A stretch of DNA of 64,000 bases. Origin: Chrysomallon squamiferum. Taxonomy: Eukaryota; Animalia; Mollusca. Both the position numbers and the translations under genes were made by a program. The stretch spans positions 6,014,001-6,078,000 of the forward strand of contig CM022672.1 of NCBI GenBank assembly GCA_012295275.1, written 5' to 3'. The notes beneath the pieces are model-generated. The model saw only the letters and a list, made by a program, of their open reading frames with translations. It did no database searches and had not been told where the DNA came from. Below are positions 28,344 through 42,426 of this stretch, piece by piece. The first letter of the stretch is position 1. Every line of letters starts with the position of its first letter.

Positions 28344-28836
28344 GTTCTTCTTCTGACATCTGGAATTAGAAAAATAAAACATTATTGTATCATGTAATTT
28401 CAAAGTTTGTTTATAAAGAAATTTTGGTCCAGGTAATTCCTCTGAAATTCAGGTCAAAATGCTATGCATCCATAGTGTAGTTCAAATAGCTAAAATACAT
28501 TTTGTTTTTAAAAAAACAAAAGAAAACCATAAAAAAAAAACCCAACAACATAAGAATAATAATAATAAGAAGTCAAGTTGTATGGAGACTTAATACATCA
28601 TGTAACGCTGTTTTCAAAATGTTGATTAGCTGTATAAAGAAAACTGGTGTATTTGTTTATTTCATAATTTCTGTCAAAATAGTAGAACTACAAGCAATTC
28701 AACCAATTTCACTGTGACAAGTTAGAGTAATAGAAAAGCAATAACATTCTTTATCGTTACTGTTAGCTAACAGTAATAGCATGTTTCAGATAAATTGTTT
28801 AATTCTTAAACATAACATTTTAACTCACATAATACA

Positions 28837-28986
28837 CAGTGGACCCTTAAAAGTTGAACACAATCATTTGCTTTTTTTGGGACAATTGTGTCTTCAATTT
28901 TGTTTTCAATATTTAAAATGGATTTTTCTCATGTTTTCTGGTTGAGATTCAAATTGTTTGAGTACTGAACATTTGAAAATCCACTT
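28837..28986. mobile_element. Possible short degenerate MITE
   Basis: Left end CAGTGGACCCTTAAAAGTT versus reverse complement of right end AGTGGATTTTCAAATGTT; no clean TSD. Confidence 0.3.
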
Positions 28987-29927
28987 TTCTTATAAATCAC
29001 AAATATTTATAACAACAAAACCTAGTGTGTATCTTTTGAAAAGACATTCTATGAATATGCAAGAGTTATTAGATTTTCGGTATTATATGTGCATGTATCC
29101 CCTCTAAAAAATGTTGTTGTTTTTTCATTTATATTTATTCAACTTTTTATACATATTAAATTGTGAGTGGTCTTTTTATACACATTAAAAGGTGAGTGGT
29201 TAAATAGAGCAAACAGAAGTAAACAATTCTTCAACATTTCAAGTGATAATAATCAGAGGAGAGGCGGGAGGAAATCATTCCTGATTTTTAAAAACATTTA
29301 CTTGTTTATTGTGAATCTCATATCATCAGTAATTAAAATAAATTATTTCACATCCAAGTTAACTGCTAGAAAGATGTCACGTGCTATAATTAATGTCATG
29401 TAATCAGTCCACTGATATAATGCATTATAACCACATTTACAAATCCTAATATTGTTACGAAAACATAGTATTATATCCACAATATAATTCTGTGACACAT
29501 GAAAGATTTCATTAACAGTGATTAAGTATTTAATCTTTTTAATCAATTATTAACAGATGTACATGTAGTTATAAATGCACAAATTTCCAATGGACATGTT
29601 TTCATTTTGAGAATAATGAAACTAATGTCATTTCTAACAATAACCTTAATATTATCAAAAAATAAAATAAGTTTTAGTCTTTCTGGAGATCTTTAATCCG
29701 TTATCCGTTTTCTTTATTACAACTTACATTAATTAACCATTTATATCGGTACTGTTAAGAGAATGTGTTGAAAAATATAAACATGGCACTTTGGTCAAAA
29801 CAAATGAAGAAACTGAACAAATATAGCGTTGCATGATTACTGCATTAGCATTACAACCGATTCTATTAGAAAAAATAAAATGAAGCGAATCTATTGACTG
29901 TAATGTTATTCCATATTTTAGATGTAC

Positions 29928-30143
29928 CTGCCAGTTCGAAAGCGAAATTCACAATTAATGTTATTGAGCTTCCAGTTTGTTGGAAGTGATTTCCTGTTAT
30001 TTATGACTGGTTATAGTCACTAATATACAACTACGTTAAATGAAATAATAAAAAAGCGTAACGCGGGAAGTTTACATAGCCTAAACTGATTCTTCAAAAA
30101 AGTTGAGTCTTTAAGAAACAGTCTATGTGAACGTGATTGAAAA
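29928..30143. promoter_or_regulatory. Bidirectional promoter region between paralog C exon 1 (minus) and SURF1 (plus)
   Basis: Only ~215 bp separate the paralog C exon 1 donor from the SURF1 ATG. Contains GAAAGCGAAA (29938-29947), GGAAGTGATTTCC (29982-29994) and GCGGGAAGT. Confidence 0.6.
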
Positions 30144-33100
30144 TGCTGGTGAGTGACGTTTTATTAATATATATATATATTTTCCAGTTTAGCAGTATTT
30201 GAATAATATATCTGCAGTGCAAGAATTCAGACATTGTCATTTGCAAAGATAAATTATTTAGGATTGTTATTTTCTAATATCTGATGTAACTAATCATCAT
30301 TATCATGCCATGACAGTTTTTGACATTAGTCCGCAAGACTTGCAAAGGTACGGTGCCGTTTGAAATTACCATGTTCCTGGACATAAATGATATTTTTACT
30401 GGTTTGGTTTAATAAAGGGAAAAAGTTCATTGCAATATCTCAATAATATTTATATATACATAAAAAAAAAAGTGTCAGCACTTGCAAATTATCACCCATT
30501 TGTACTTAAAATTTATTTTTATAGGAGGGGAGAGAACTCATGATATTTGCGACAGCTGAGTACATATTAATTATTTTTAAGGCCATTTTTGATAATAAAT
30601 CCTACTATATATAAAATCATACTAATTAGAGTGAAATATGTAGGAATATGTTAATAATTATATTTTGAATTAAATAAAATCACATAAATTACTTTTATAA
30701 TTTTAATTTAATCTTTTAAAATTTTTCTTCTTGTTTTTGTATTTTCATTTTACTTTTGAGAGTTTCTGCTAGGAATATAGAGATATGTTCATATAATTCA
30801 GTAATTTGTATTTTCTGATTTTCAACTGATTGTAAATAACATATTTGACAGTTTCGCACACAGACATGTCGGTGTCTGATAAGATTGTGCAGCAGCAACG
30901 CCAGCAGCCAGGCAGAAAGGCAGACACCCAGACTGTCCAAAGCACTGAGACCTAAAAAGACGTTTGGAGAAGGAGGTTATATTTTGCTGGTAAATTTTTA
31001 TTTTATTATTTTTTTTATTTTGTTTTTGCTGATTTTGTAGTTGAAGACAACATTACTTTTGTGCTTAGTCTGAAAAAAAAAAAGAGAAGAAAAACAAGGA
31101 TCAACATTTAAAATATTGTCTTATACAACTTTTCTTTATTTTCTTTTTTTCTTTTTTTAAATTTAATCTGCTTAGCATCAGAATCGTATCAGTTATAATA
31201 ATTTTGATAGTTGGTAAATATTGTAGACAGATGTAAGAATATATGCTAACGTTTTATACAAACTATATCATGTTATTTATTTTTTTATTTTCATTTTCTG
31301 ACATTTTTCAGTCATTAAAAATTACTTGGTTTTTTGTCTCCCCTAATTTTTATTTTTTATTATTTTTTTATCATTGAAAAAATGTTTTTCTAGTATTTGG
31401 ATTATCTACAGATATTTTAACATCTAAAGAGTAACAAACAAGTAAAATTTAAAATGGAGCAAATGGTACCTGACACGCTATATCAGTATGTTTTTTTTTG
31501 TTCTTAAAAAAACAACAAATTTACTTTATAAATATTATTCAGTTATCATTTTATATGATGCAACAGTAATACAGTAAACATAATGCAGATCTAACCTGTA
31601 GGTATAGAAAATGACGCATTGTTGTTTTTGCATCTGAAGATTGTCCCTATTGCAACTTTCGGTCTGGGAGTGTGGCAGGTACAACGCTGGAGATGGAAAC
31701 TGAAGTTAATAGAAGACATGGAAGCGAGAACAAGAGCAGCACCTGTTCCATTGCCTTATGAGTATGTAACCAATTCTCATACATTAATTTTTATATAATA
31801 TAAAAATGAATTTTTTAATCTTTCAACATGTGAGAAATTAGCCCATGTGGATTAATTTTTTGGGATAATGTGTAAAATACGTTTATATGCTAATAATTGT
31901 AAATAACAAATTCTCATTTTACGAGAGTATTCTAACAAATGAGTAATGAGTACTCATTTGTTCATTTTCTGATAATATAAATAAATATATAAAAATATTG
32001 TAACGAGTGAGTCATAAGTACTCGTTCACTAATTCCTAAAAATATTTTGTTACTATAATAGTACTGAGAATTAGCTTAATTCCATTTATGGAAAATTAGT
32101 GGCTGTTATAATGAAACAATAAAATACATATTTAATTTGTCTGTTTTAGAAACTTTTCTTTTACTACAGTAAGATAGTTACTTCAACATTACATGTCAAG
32201 TCTCAAACTTTCAAAGATTGTTCAAATAAATATTGTGCATGTGTGTGTGCATGAATATGTGTTCACATAGGATAAAACATACATGCAGCTGTATTTTATC
32301 ATTATGTTTTTTTTGGCATATCTTTATTCTGTATACATACCAGTTCTGGGCATCATTTGAACTGTTACTTGACATTTTTCTTTTAGCTTAGATGAGCTGA
32401 AAGATCTGGAGTACAAGAAGGTTAATGTGACTGGAACGTTTGACCACAGTCGTGAAATGTATATTGGGCCTCGGAGTAACACCCAGTCTGACAACTCAGG
32501 GGGTGGGATGATGGGTGGTTCCTCCAGCACTGGTATCAATGTAGTGACTCCATTCAAGCTGTCAGACAGAGAGTAAGTCGAGTTTTTAAATAATTTAAAT
32601 ATCATTATGTTTATATTCTAAATAGCTTCTTTTTTTTTTCCAGTAAATATATGATTGAAAATCACCTTTTTAAGAGTTAGTGATTGTTAAAAATTATATG
32701 TATATATTTTTTTTTTTTTTTTTTTTTTTTTATATATATATAATCTAAATGTTAGATGTTAAGAAAGTCTCTCTTTTTTTTATGTTTTTAAAAATAAATA
32801 TATTGACTTTTTCTTTTTCTTTCTTTCTTTTTTTTTTTTTTTTTTTTATAATTGTGTTAAAAATTTAATTTCTACAGCTTAACCATACTGGTGAATCGTG
32901 GATGGGCACCAAGCAATTATTCAAAAACTGATAAGAAGAAAGCTGGCCAAGTGAGTCTTTCTGTTCATATTTTTGTAAAAAACTTTTAGCTGCTATTTGT
33001 TTTGTTTATTAATGGAATATATAATAAATAATAACCTAATTATCAGATAGATTATAGATCTTTTTCCAATACATTTATCAAGCAGCTTAGATTAAAATCT

Positions 33101-33602
33101 GAAAAACATAAATCTAAAATTTTGTTATATGTAGACTTTTAATTTGTCTTCAAAGTTAACTGTTATAATAAATTAAAAGAATCATGCAACAGTGATGTAA
33201 TAATATTATTAATAATAATAAAACTGTAAATGTTTTGTTGATATATCAAGATTTTTCAGTAATAAAAATTAAATATAATACTATTTTACAGATCTGATAT
33301 TAGGTTAAAAATTAAATGACTATCCATTTCTTCTCCAAAATGTATTAGCAAGAAAAATTTACCTGCTGTAGTTAAATCATTTTCACTTTTTTGTTGTTTT
33401 TTTGTTATCAGATTGAAGGAGAGGTATCTCTAACAGGTGTGGTGAGAATGAATGAAAAAGTAAGTTTTATTCTGTAACAAAGATATTCTTTATAACTATC
33501 TAAGTTAATATTTTCTTCAGATTTAATTGAGAAAGTAAGTTTCATTCTCTAACAAAGATATTCTTTATAACTATCTAAGTTAATATTTTCTTCATATTTA
33601 AT

Positions 33603-33637
<35 letters not shown>

Positions 33638-35128
33638 GTATATGTGTGTTGTGTTGCATTCTCTCCTGGTCTGTTATGTTAATGTAACATTATTGGAAAT
33701 ATATTTTCTTTTTATTTTCAACACAGACAAATCAGTTTATGCCACAAGCTGATCCGCAGAATCTTGGATACTGGATGTATAGAGACATTGAGAAGATGGC
33801 AGAAACTGCAGAAACTGCTCCTGTTTTCCTGGACGCTGATATAAGTATGTTTGTAAATCATTTAATCTTCTCTAAGACTTTGTAAACTGAAACCTGATAG
33901 ATAAATAGATGGGAAAGTCATTTTTAATCATATTTTCCAAAGCTAATTATCAAACAACAAAAACATTTTATTTTTGAATGGTTCTTTCAAACGTGAATGT
34001 ACAAGTTGTTGGTGTTTAGAGAAAAAAGACTTTTTAATTGATGTTTCACTGACAAGATATTACCAGCGTTTATTGTATATGCAGATATATGTGACTGAAA
34101 AACAGCACAAGTCGTGATGAACAATTATTGGCAACAGGTTGTTTAGGAGAGTGAACAAGAAAACAAATATTAAATGTAATAACACAGTAAAAATAAATTT
34201 TCATATGATGAATGTTTTATTTATTGCTTTTGACTGGAACAAAAGTGCCTTTTTTGTGTGTGTATTTTTTCCATTTAATTAGTAAAAAATGGGACTTGAT
34301 TCCTGCATAATCCATGCATAGATTAACATTAAATGGTTAATAAAATAATTTAACACTATTTTATATTGATTTAATTTTAAAAAAAATTAATTAAAATTGC
34401 AGAGAGTACAGTAGCAGGGGGTCCACAGGGAGGTCAGACCAGAGTAACTCTGAGAAATGATCACTTCTCATATATTTTGACTTGGTACGTAATCTCCTTT
34501 CTTATTTCTTCTTCTTTTGTCATCATCTTAATAAGTTGGGCAGTTAATTCATGCTTTGGTAACGCTGGATAATAAAATACAACAAAACATGGATGCTGAT
34601 GCTTTATCTTTAAAACAATACCTCTTAAACTTTTTCAGTGTCAACCATTGAATCTCTGTCACAAACGTTTTATTAATTTGCAATTAACTATTCTCGTTTT
34701 TGGTATTTATTTCTTATTTCACAAAACAATTTGATTCACCACCGTGTGAACCATTTATCAGTTTAAGAAATAACTAATTTTTGATGACATAATTTAATAT
34801 ATAGACTTAAAAAAATCATAACAATACTGACACTGATCTACTGTAGTGTTTTATCCATTTTTTTATATAAAATGACATCCCAGCAAAATGAAATATGTAT
34901 CCATATATTCTCACAGACTTGTATCATTTTATTATCTTGTGAATTATTGTTACCAAAGGTTGGTAATAAAAATTCAAATAATCACTTTAGTTATTCAATG
35001 TTTTAATATTTAATTTATTTTATTTTTTCAGGTTCAGTCTGTCAGCTGTTACTTTCTGGATGTGGTACAAGCGATACAGAATGCCCCCACCCCCAGACAG
35101 CGCCTTTGATTACTTGAGAAAGCCTTAG
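30143..35128 (+). CDS. SURF1: Surfeit locus protein 1 (cytochrome c oxidase assembly factor), ~289 aa
   Basis: Exons 30143-30148, 30852-30989, 31640-31761, 32387-32572, 32878-32950, 33412-33459, 33727-33844, 34403-34484, 35032-35128 (870 nt, phases consistent). Motifs [65 protein letters not shown]; Arg-rich presequence. Exon 1 is the least certain. Confidence 0.95.
33454..33603 (+). repeat. 75-bp tandem duplication that includes the SURF1 exon 6 donor
   Basis: AAA|GTAAGTTT..AACAAAGATATTCTTTATAACTATCTAAGTTAATATTTTCTTCA twice; GT donors at 33460 and 33535. Confidence 0.85.
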
Positions 35129-37475
35129 TCTTCTTAAGACAAATGGCTGAGAGTTTTTTTCATAATATTAAAACTGTATTTGTGAACGTTTTTCAAAACT
35201 GGAAGAAATGCGAATGCTGTACGTGTATTTATGACAGATTAATTTTATTTTTACTAAGAAGGAAAAAAGATGTATTACGTTTGAAATAGAAGAAGATAAA
35301 CTGCTTTCGAAATATAAATTAATAAAGTTCTTTTTTGCTTGCATATTTCAGTAAGCTTAAATTGTGTGCATGTACACCTTTTTACTGGTTTTTTTAAATG
35401 TTTTTTTTTTTTTTCTTTTTTTTTTACAGTTTATGTGATGAGACTAACCATTATATAATATCAAATAGTGGAATACTGAAGTATCACAGAAAGTTATAAT
35501 AAGTGAATCTGTATATAAATTGACTAGTAATTAAAATTTATTAAAACTGGAAGTATAAGAAGCTTTATTTATCGTCTTTGTCTTTTTGTTTGTTATTTTT
35601 TTGAATTTGTGTTTTTGGAAGTGGTTTAATAAATTTGTTGCTATAAAACAATTTTAATAATTTTGTAATTTTTATATATATATATAGGTACAAAAATAAG
35701 AAACTGGCATTTTTTGTACTTTATTTCAAGATATATTAAATTAATAAGAATTCTGACTGACATTTTACACCAGTTTTCTGTTTAAGTTTTCAAATCAGTT
35801 TTATGTTTAGAAAGTAATTTATATAATGGAGACATTGTCTTTCTGTGGTTATTTCCCTTGACAGTATACTTGTACCTCTAACACATTACAGTAATAAATA
35901 ATTTTAGACTGAATAGTTTTTGTGATCCATGTTACCATTGTCATTTTGATAATTTGTGCAGTATATTTTATTTTTCATTTTTTCAATCAGTTATAATAAT
36001 ACATTTCAATAAATAATCTTTATTATAATTTTATTATATTTATTTTTATAATCAAGAAATTCAAACAACATTAAACAAAATTTTGAAAAAGTAAAATAAT
36101 GTTATCAGTAAAAAAATTAAAATAGTAATATAAAATACTTAAAATCAGAATTGATTTTTTATAAATTTTCAAATGCTTATGAAATGTTTTTTTTTTTTTT
36201 CATGCAAATTATTAAAATTGAGTTCTGTGAAAGAAAACTGGTTGCCAGTACAAATTTTAAAATAGTTTATAAGTAATCATGCTATTTTTCATTAAAAACA
36301 AGTATTAGTTCATGAATAGGGTATGATCTCATGCCTTTCAATAATATATATATAAAAAAAATTTGTTAACATAAACAAAATTAACTTTATTTTTCTTTTT
36401 TCTTTTTTTAAATTTGATTTGAAAGCCAAAAACCAACAAAAGTTTTATGGACTTTGTTGTCACTCCATTCAGACAAAAAACAAAATTTCTTTACTCTCTT
36501 TTTTTTTTTTTGGTTTATAATACTGAAGGGATTACAAGGCAATTTGTTTTTCTTTTCTTCAAAATTTTATTTTACTTATTTAATTTTTTATTCTTTTTTT
36601 TTATTCTTAATTTCAGATAGATAAAAGAATAATTTAACAACATACTGTAGAATTTATTTAACTCGGTTGTTTAATTTTCAATGACTAAAATCCTATATTA
36701 CATGTTTAAATAGTTTAGTGTCTGCATTCAGCTTCACAATTTATTTAATTGTTTATTACTAGTACTAATACCACTACTAATGTAAATTATTTTGACTATA
36801 TGTATTTATTTATTTTTGTTAGTAGTAGTAGTAGCAGTAGTAGTAGTACTAATAGTAGTAGTAGTACTATTACTATTATTATTAACGTAATATTTATGAA
36901 ACGATTTTGTCGCGATAACGTATTGTTCAGCACCATCGGTTTGATTCAAATTTTATCCAAATCTAGACAACTAATAATTTTTTGTGTCCTAATGTATCTG
37001 TAATTTCAATAGTGTAACTGGTAAACAGTTCACGACGAAATCCAGCAGCGATCGGGGAATCTAACAAGAACCTAAAACTATTATTACAATAGCAATTATT
37101 AAATATTACATACATATTATTCAATTTAATTTTCTTCAACACCTTCAGCACCGTTTATAAAGTGCAGTATCGGTTTTGAAATAGCGATGACGTTAGACAC
37201 GCACGAATAACATTCGTGTGTATTACCCATGCTTTGTGTTCGTGCCCTTTTAATAGACTCTCCTGCTTTTATCAGATCTCCCGGTTTGAAAAGAAGTAAT
37301 TATACTTTATCTATCTCGACAGCCGTATTCAAATACGCATTGGCCTATTTTAAATGCCTATCAGAACATACCTAAGCTGGTTTATGACGATATTCTTAAT
37401 TAGTTGTTAGCAAATATCTTTATGTATGTGGGATATAACCTCACTGACATTGCCATTAGAGCTGTAATGAAATAG

Positions 37476-37670
37476 ACGAAAGAAAAACAAATTCTGTTTA
37501 ACGGCGCACTTTTTGATATTGCACGGCATTATAATTACATCATTATGTTTTAAAATCCGAAAATGAGAAAAGAACGGCTATTCTCCTTCAACAAGAGTCT
37601 TTTACAGGCATCTTCCTAAATGCAGGATTTTCATTAACAGTCGTGGGGCACCGCCTAAACTAGAGATAGA
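37476..37670 (+). repeat. Degenerate copy of a dispersed SINE-like repeat
   Basis: Shares GAAAGAAAAA..TTTAACG..GC and TCTTTTA..GCA.CTTCC blocks with the reverse complement of 55420-55610. Confidence 0.35.
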
Positions 37671-37925
37671 CTAGTGTACAGAGCTATAACAAAGAATTAA
37701 AAAGGGTTGCTTAAAGTCTTTCACGTTTATACTATTCAAAAATGTTCTTGCTATAAACATGTTTTTATTTATTTATTTACATTATTATTATTATTTTTTT
37801 ATTTTATTTTTTTTATTAAATTATATAACAAAATTATTCGAAATAACATGAGAATATATTCACCTATTTAAAATTGACAAACTGGTTCCTAAATTATTTC
37901 CCGTTCCGCCTTATTTCTTTATTTA

Positions 37926-37957
<32 letters not shown>

Positions 37958-39017
37958 AAATCCTTAGTATATGTTCGAAGTTCTTTAACGTGTGGAATTC
38001 ATCAACTGAATAAAATAAACTTTTTTTTTTTTTTTTTCGTCTTCTCAAATATTGTCTCGATTAACAATTACCATATCGGCCACAAATGAAAGTAAAATAA
38101 AATGAAAAAAAGACGCAAACTCATACACACACATTCATGTCGCCAGCCAAATACAACAGGGCCATAAACACCGCGAATTAAAATAAAGTTAAATAAATAA
38201 ACAAACAAACACATTAATTACCGTGGTTTTATGATATTCATTTCAGTAAGTGAACTTGGGATTTTGTGGTGACTTGGTATTTTACGAGTTTTAATAACTC
38301 GGATTTATTTCATTTCATTAATATATATATATATATAGATAGATAGATAGATAGATAATGATAATGCTGGTTGTACATTACTTCAAACTGTTCCCAGTGA
38401 AACCAGTGTTTTAAATATATCGCTATTGTGTGTAGACACCATTTGCTATTGTGTGCAGAAACGTGTACTTTGTAAAAGAACGAAAACAGCCATAACATAT
38501 ATCGAACATCTCAAACACGACTTCTGAATATTTTCGTCTGACGTCGCCCTGAATTGCTGATTATAAAAGGTATTGAATGGAAGTGTCAAGATCGAAATTA
38601 ATGTGTCTTTAGCATTACCTGCACGAATTCATAAAAGCGTTCGCAATAGATATGGACTGTGTACATATTGATTTTTTTTCTTTCTTCATAGTATATCGGC
38701 ACTCCCGAGAAGAAATTCAAAGTCAGCCTAGTTTGGTTTATCAGAACTGTTCTGTTCATGGAATGACTGTCGCCTGATGAAAGGATAGGTGGTAGGTAGC
38801 CAGAATGGTGAGGTTTGGTACAGTTCTCAATACTTAAAGTGTCTGCAAGGAATCTTTAGGAATAATTAAGCTTATTGTTGACACTGTCGTATTTTCAAAC
38901 ACCAGTTTGTTATTTTATACTTCCTCTGTTATGAATTATTTTTGTGTATATGCTCGAATTTTTATGTACGTGTTTTAATGTCATGATTTTGAACTGCCCA
39001 GTTTAGGAATCTGCTTA

Positions 39018-39060
<43 letters not shown>

Positions 39061-40005
39061 AGATAGATAGATAGATAGATATAAATATATATAATTCTTT
39101 TCCTGCTATCTCCTTTTTTCTGTTTTGTTGTTTTATTTTATTTGGGCTACTATTTTTAACGTTTGACATAGTTCTAGATAAAAGCCAGTTTGGAAAACAC
39201 AGTACATAATGATAATGCAGTCATACCTACAAGTTTGTACTATATCACATGATCTAAATTACAGTCATTTTAAACATAAATTCAGATCCGTTTTGTGCCC
39301 CTCTAGCATTTGTTGCCGATTGTATTTCATTATATTACCGTGGTTATAGATTTTAAGTCATACAGTACTGATAACAGCCCGTTTGCTTAAGTTCAAAATA
39401 AAGTACAGACCAGTGCCCGGCAAATTTGATTTCATGAATCGTCCATTTTCAAACACTGTCAAGTGGGAACGCTAACCAGTTCACGATGATTTAATGAAAA
39501 GCTTATTGCCCATCCGTCGCCCCCAAAATAGGGCGAAACCTCATCGAAGTCAGTGAAACACACAAACTAGCGACTCTGCTGCTGTAGACTGTGATAGACA
39601 AGATAACTCACAACGCATCACATTAATTTTAAAACGCAACATTTTGTGTTACGAAGAAACAAAAATAACCATACTTGTAAGTTTAGCCTACTTTTCTTCC
39701 AGTCTTGATCAATAACGAAGTATAACAACAATCTCACAGAAGAATACAGTTTTAAAAATACCTGTTTTCCTCGAGCCGTGACGTCATCGCGTACAAGATC
39801 ATCGAGTATATTCTAATGCTGTTAGGAACAAAATGCAGTTTATTGTATCAAGTCTAATACTGTTAAGGTATTAAATGACGGCATTTAATTGTTTCATGTC
39901 ATAACAGTATTATTTTATTGTCATTCTTTGTTGTAATGATAGGCAATGACGAACTACTTTTTGGGGGGCCCTGAAGCAATTATTATTATTATTATTATCA
40001 TCATC

Positions 40006-40058
<53 letters not shown>

Positions 40059-40060
40059 CA

Positions 40061-40095
<35 letters not shown>

Positions 40096-42356
40096 GACAA
40101 TGTTCTTTTGAACTGTCTGTGAATTATTTATCTGCCTCTTTGACTGCGTGTCTGTATATATCTTCTTACGTTTTAAGTAGCAGAAATATATCGTATAATA
40201 TAATAATAATAGTTTATCAGAACACTCACCACACTTGCAAGAAACTTCACATTCCATTTGTCTTTCCCGTATCTGAACACACACCAATCCTTTATGTCTT
40301 CCTTGTTGAAGTATAATCGTAGCAACTAAGATTTTGTTGCTGTTGTTTGTTGTGGGTTTCTTTTACCTTATATAATTGTCGAACGGTAGCAAAATTGCAG
40401 GAAAAGCAGAAAGTAGTAATAGTGGTAGTAGTGATCGAAGTAGTAGTAGTGGTAATAGAAGAAGCTACAGCAGTTGTAATTATTGTTGTTACTGTTGTAG
40501 TAGTAGTAGTAGTAGTAGTAGTTGTTGTTGTTATTGTTGATATAGTAATAGTAGTAGATGTAGTTCTAGTAGCAGAATCAGTAATGGTAATAGTGTTTCT
40601 ATTATTAGTTCTAATCTAATTCCGTGGTCTTTTTTGGTTAAATGTATATATGCTGTAATATACAGCATTGAATTATCATATTTAAAAACCATCTCTTATA
40701 CGTTTATCTTTCTACAGCCATACAGTTTCCAAAGAACTGTTTACAATAGTTATTAGTTCTTATAAACCATTTTTTTTTTTTTTTTTTTTTTTTGTGCTAA
40801 CTGTAAAGAAATTCAAAATCTTATTCTAAACAAAGAAGCAAACGAATAACCAAATAACTAACTAAATACATGTATTCAAGAAGAATTTTAGTAGTAATAT
40901 TGTTATGAAACAGGGTGATTGGACCGTGAAACGTCAGTGTGCAATAGACCGTAATTTAGTCTTTATATATACATACCTATATGCATTATTGGTAATTGTT
41001 TATTAACGCATACAATCACGGCTAAGCCTGAATATATACACGTATACAAACAGGCTTAGTTATTTGATATGTTTTACAACAGTGAAGTTTACGTTTCAAA
41101 ATAGTATTGTCAGGCTACACAACAAACCAAATTATTCTCGTTCACCTTTTAGTTTTCATGTCAAAACCGGTCAGTTTGGTTGAGTAGTAAATGCTGTTAT
41201 CATATAAGCACGTACCTTTAATAATAATTTTTGCTTTTTTAAATAACGAAAATAATTTTTTTTTTTTTTAAATCCAGACAGTTTTCTAACCTGCCTGACA
41301 TATCCAAAAAAGACTTCATCTTTATATTCGGGATTAAAATTTTTTAAAAAAAACCCCCAAATTTTAATATAATTCGGAATATTATTCTGGAAATCGAAAA
41401 TGTTTACCTGATGAATATGGACGTACTTTCAAAGGAGGTTTCAGTTCTTTAACTTAGCGGTAAGTAAATAATTTCTTAAATTATATATCATGCGTAGATC
41501 CCATGCACGTATCGATTGCTGTGTTGTAATATTGATATCCCGATAATACAGGAAATGATTTATAAAATATGTGCATGTATACAACATACCTTATATACTT
41601 AAGTGTTTCAAACGTCAGAAAAGAAAGGATATTAAATTATTTTGAGTCAATTATCACTTCAGTTACATAAATTTTAACAAAAAAACCCGAAAAAGTTAGA
41701 AAGAAAGAAACAATGAAAGAAAGAGAGAAAGAGACAGTAAGAACAAAAAATAAAAATAAAAAATAAAAAATAAAATACAATAAAATATGTCCCTAACATA
41801 TCTTTTTATATATTTGTTGTTGGTGTTGGTCTCCCTATCATTATTATTTTAAATTACATCAGACAAACATTATAGTGAACAGTAAACGTTAAAGTCACTT
41901 TTAACGTTAACGGTAACTAAGGGCAACCATAAATAGGAAATTAAATTTTACACTCGATATTAAACCATTTGTTTAACCCTTCACTGTCGACGCAATATTT
42001 ATTAGTTAATGTCACTACACCTATGTCTGTCATTGTATTTCAAGCCATAACATATTTTTCAGTCGTGTAGCATTACTGTCTTCTATTTAGAGAGGTCGTA
42101 GAAGGGTAGACAATTCAAACAGTAATGATCTTTGATTTGTGAGACGTTTTATGGTTCATTGTGTGCAAGTTAGGCCTTGACAAAGAAGTAGAACCGTTAC
42201 AATAGGTCACCAGCAATATACTATTTTATTATCGTTAAAAGCCTAGAAAATGCCTTAGCTAAACCTGCAACTCTGTATTAGCCTGAAACCTAAAAACTTG
42301 TAATCAAAATAATATCAACTACAAAACAAAATGTTGAAAATAATAATAATAATACT

Positions 42357-42357
<1 letters not shown>

Positions 42358-42426
<69 letters not shown>

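Noticed and set aside
39017-39082. Head-to-head (TATC)n/(GATA)n palindrome
   Set aside because: Simple microsatellite inversion with no evidence of function.
39830-39880. TAATACTG seed resembling miR-8/miR-200
   Set aside because: The match ends after the seed and there is no convincing pre-miRNA hairpin.
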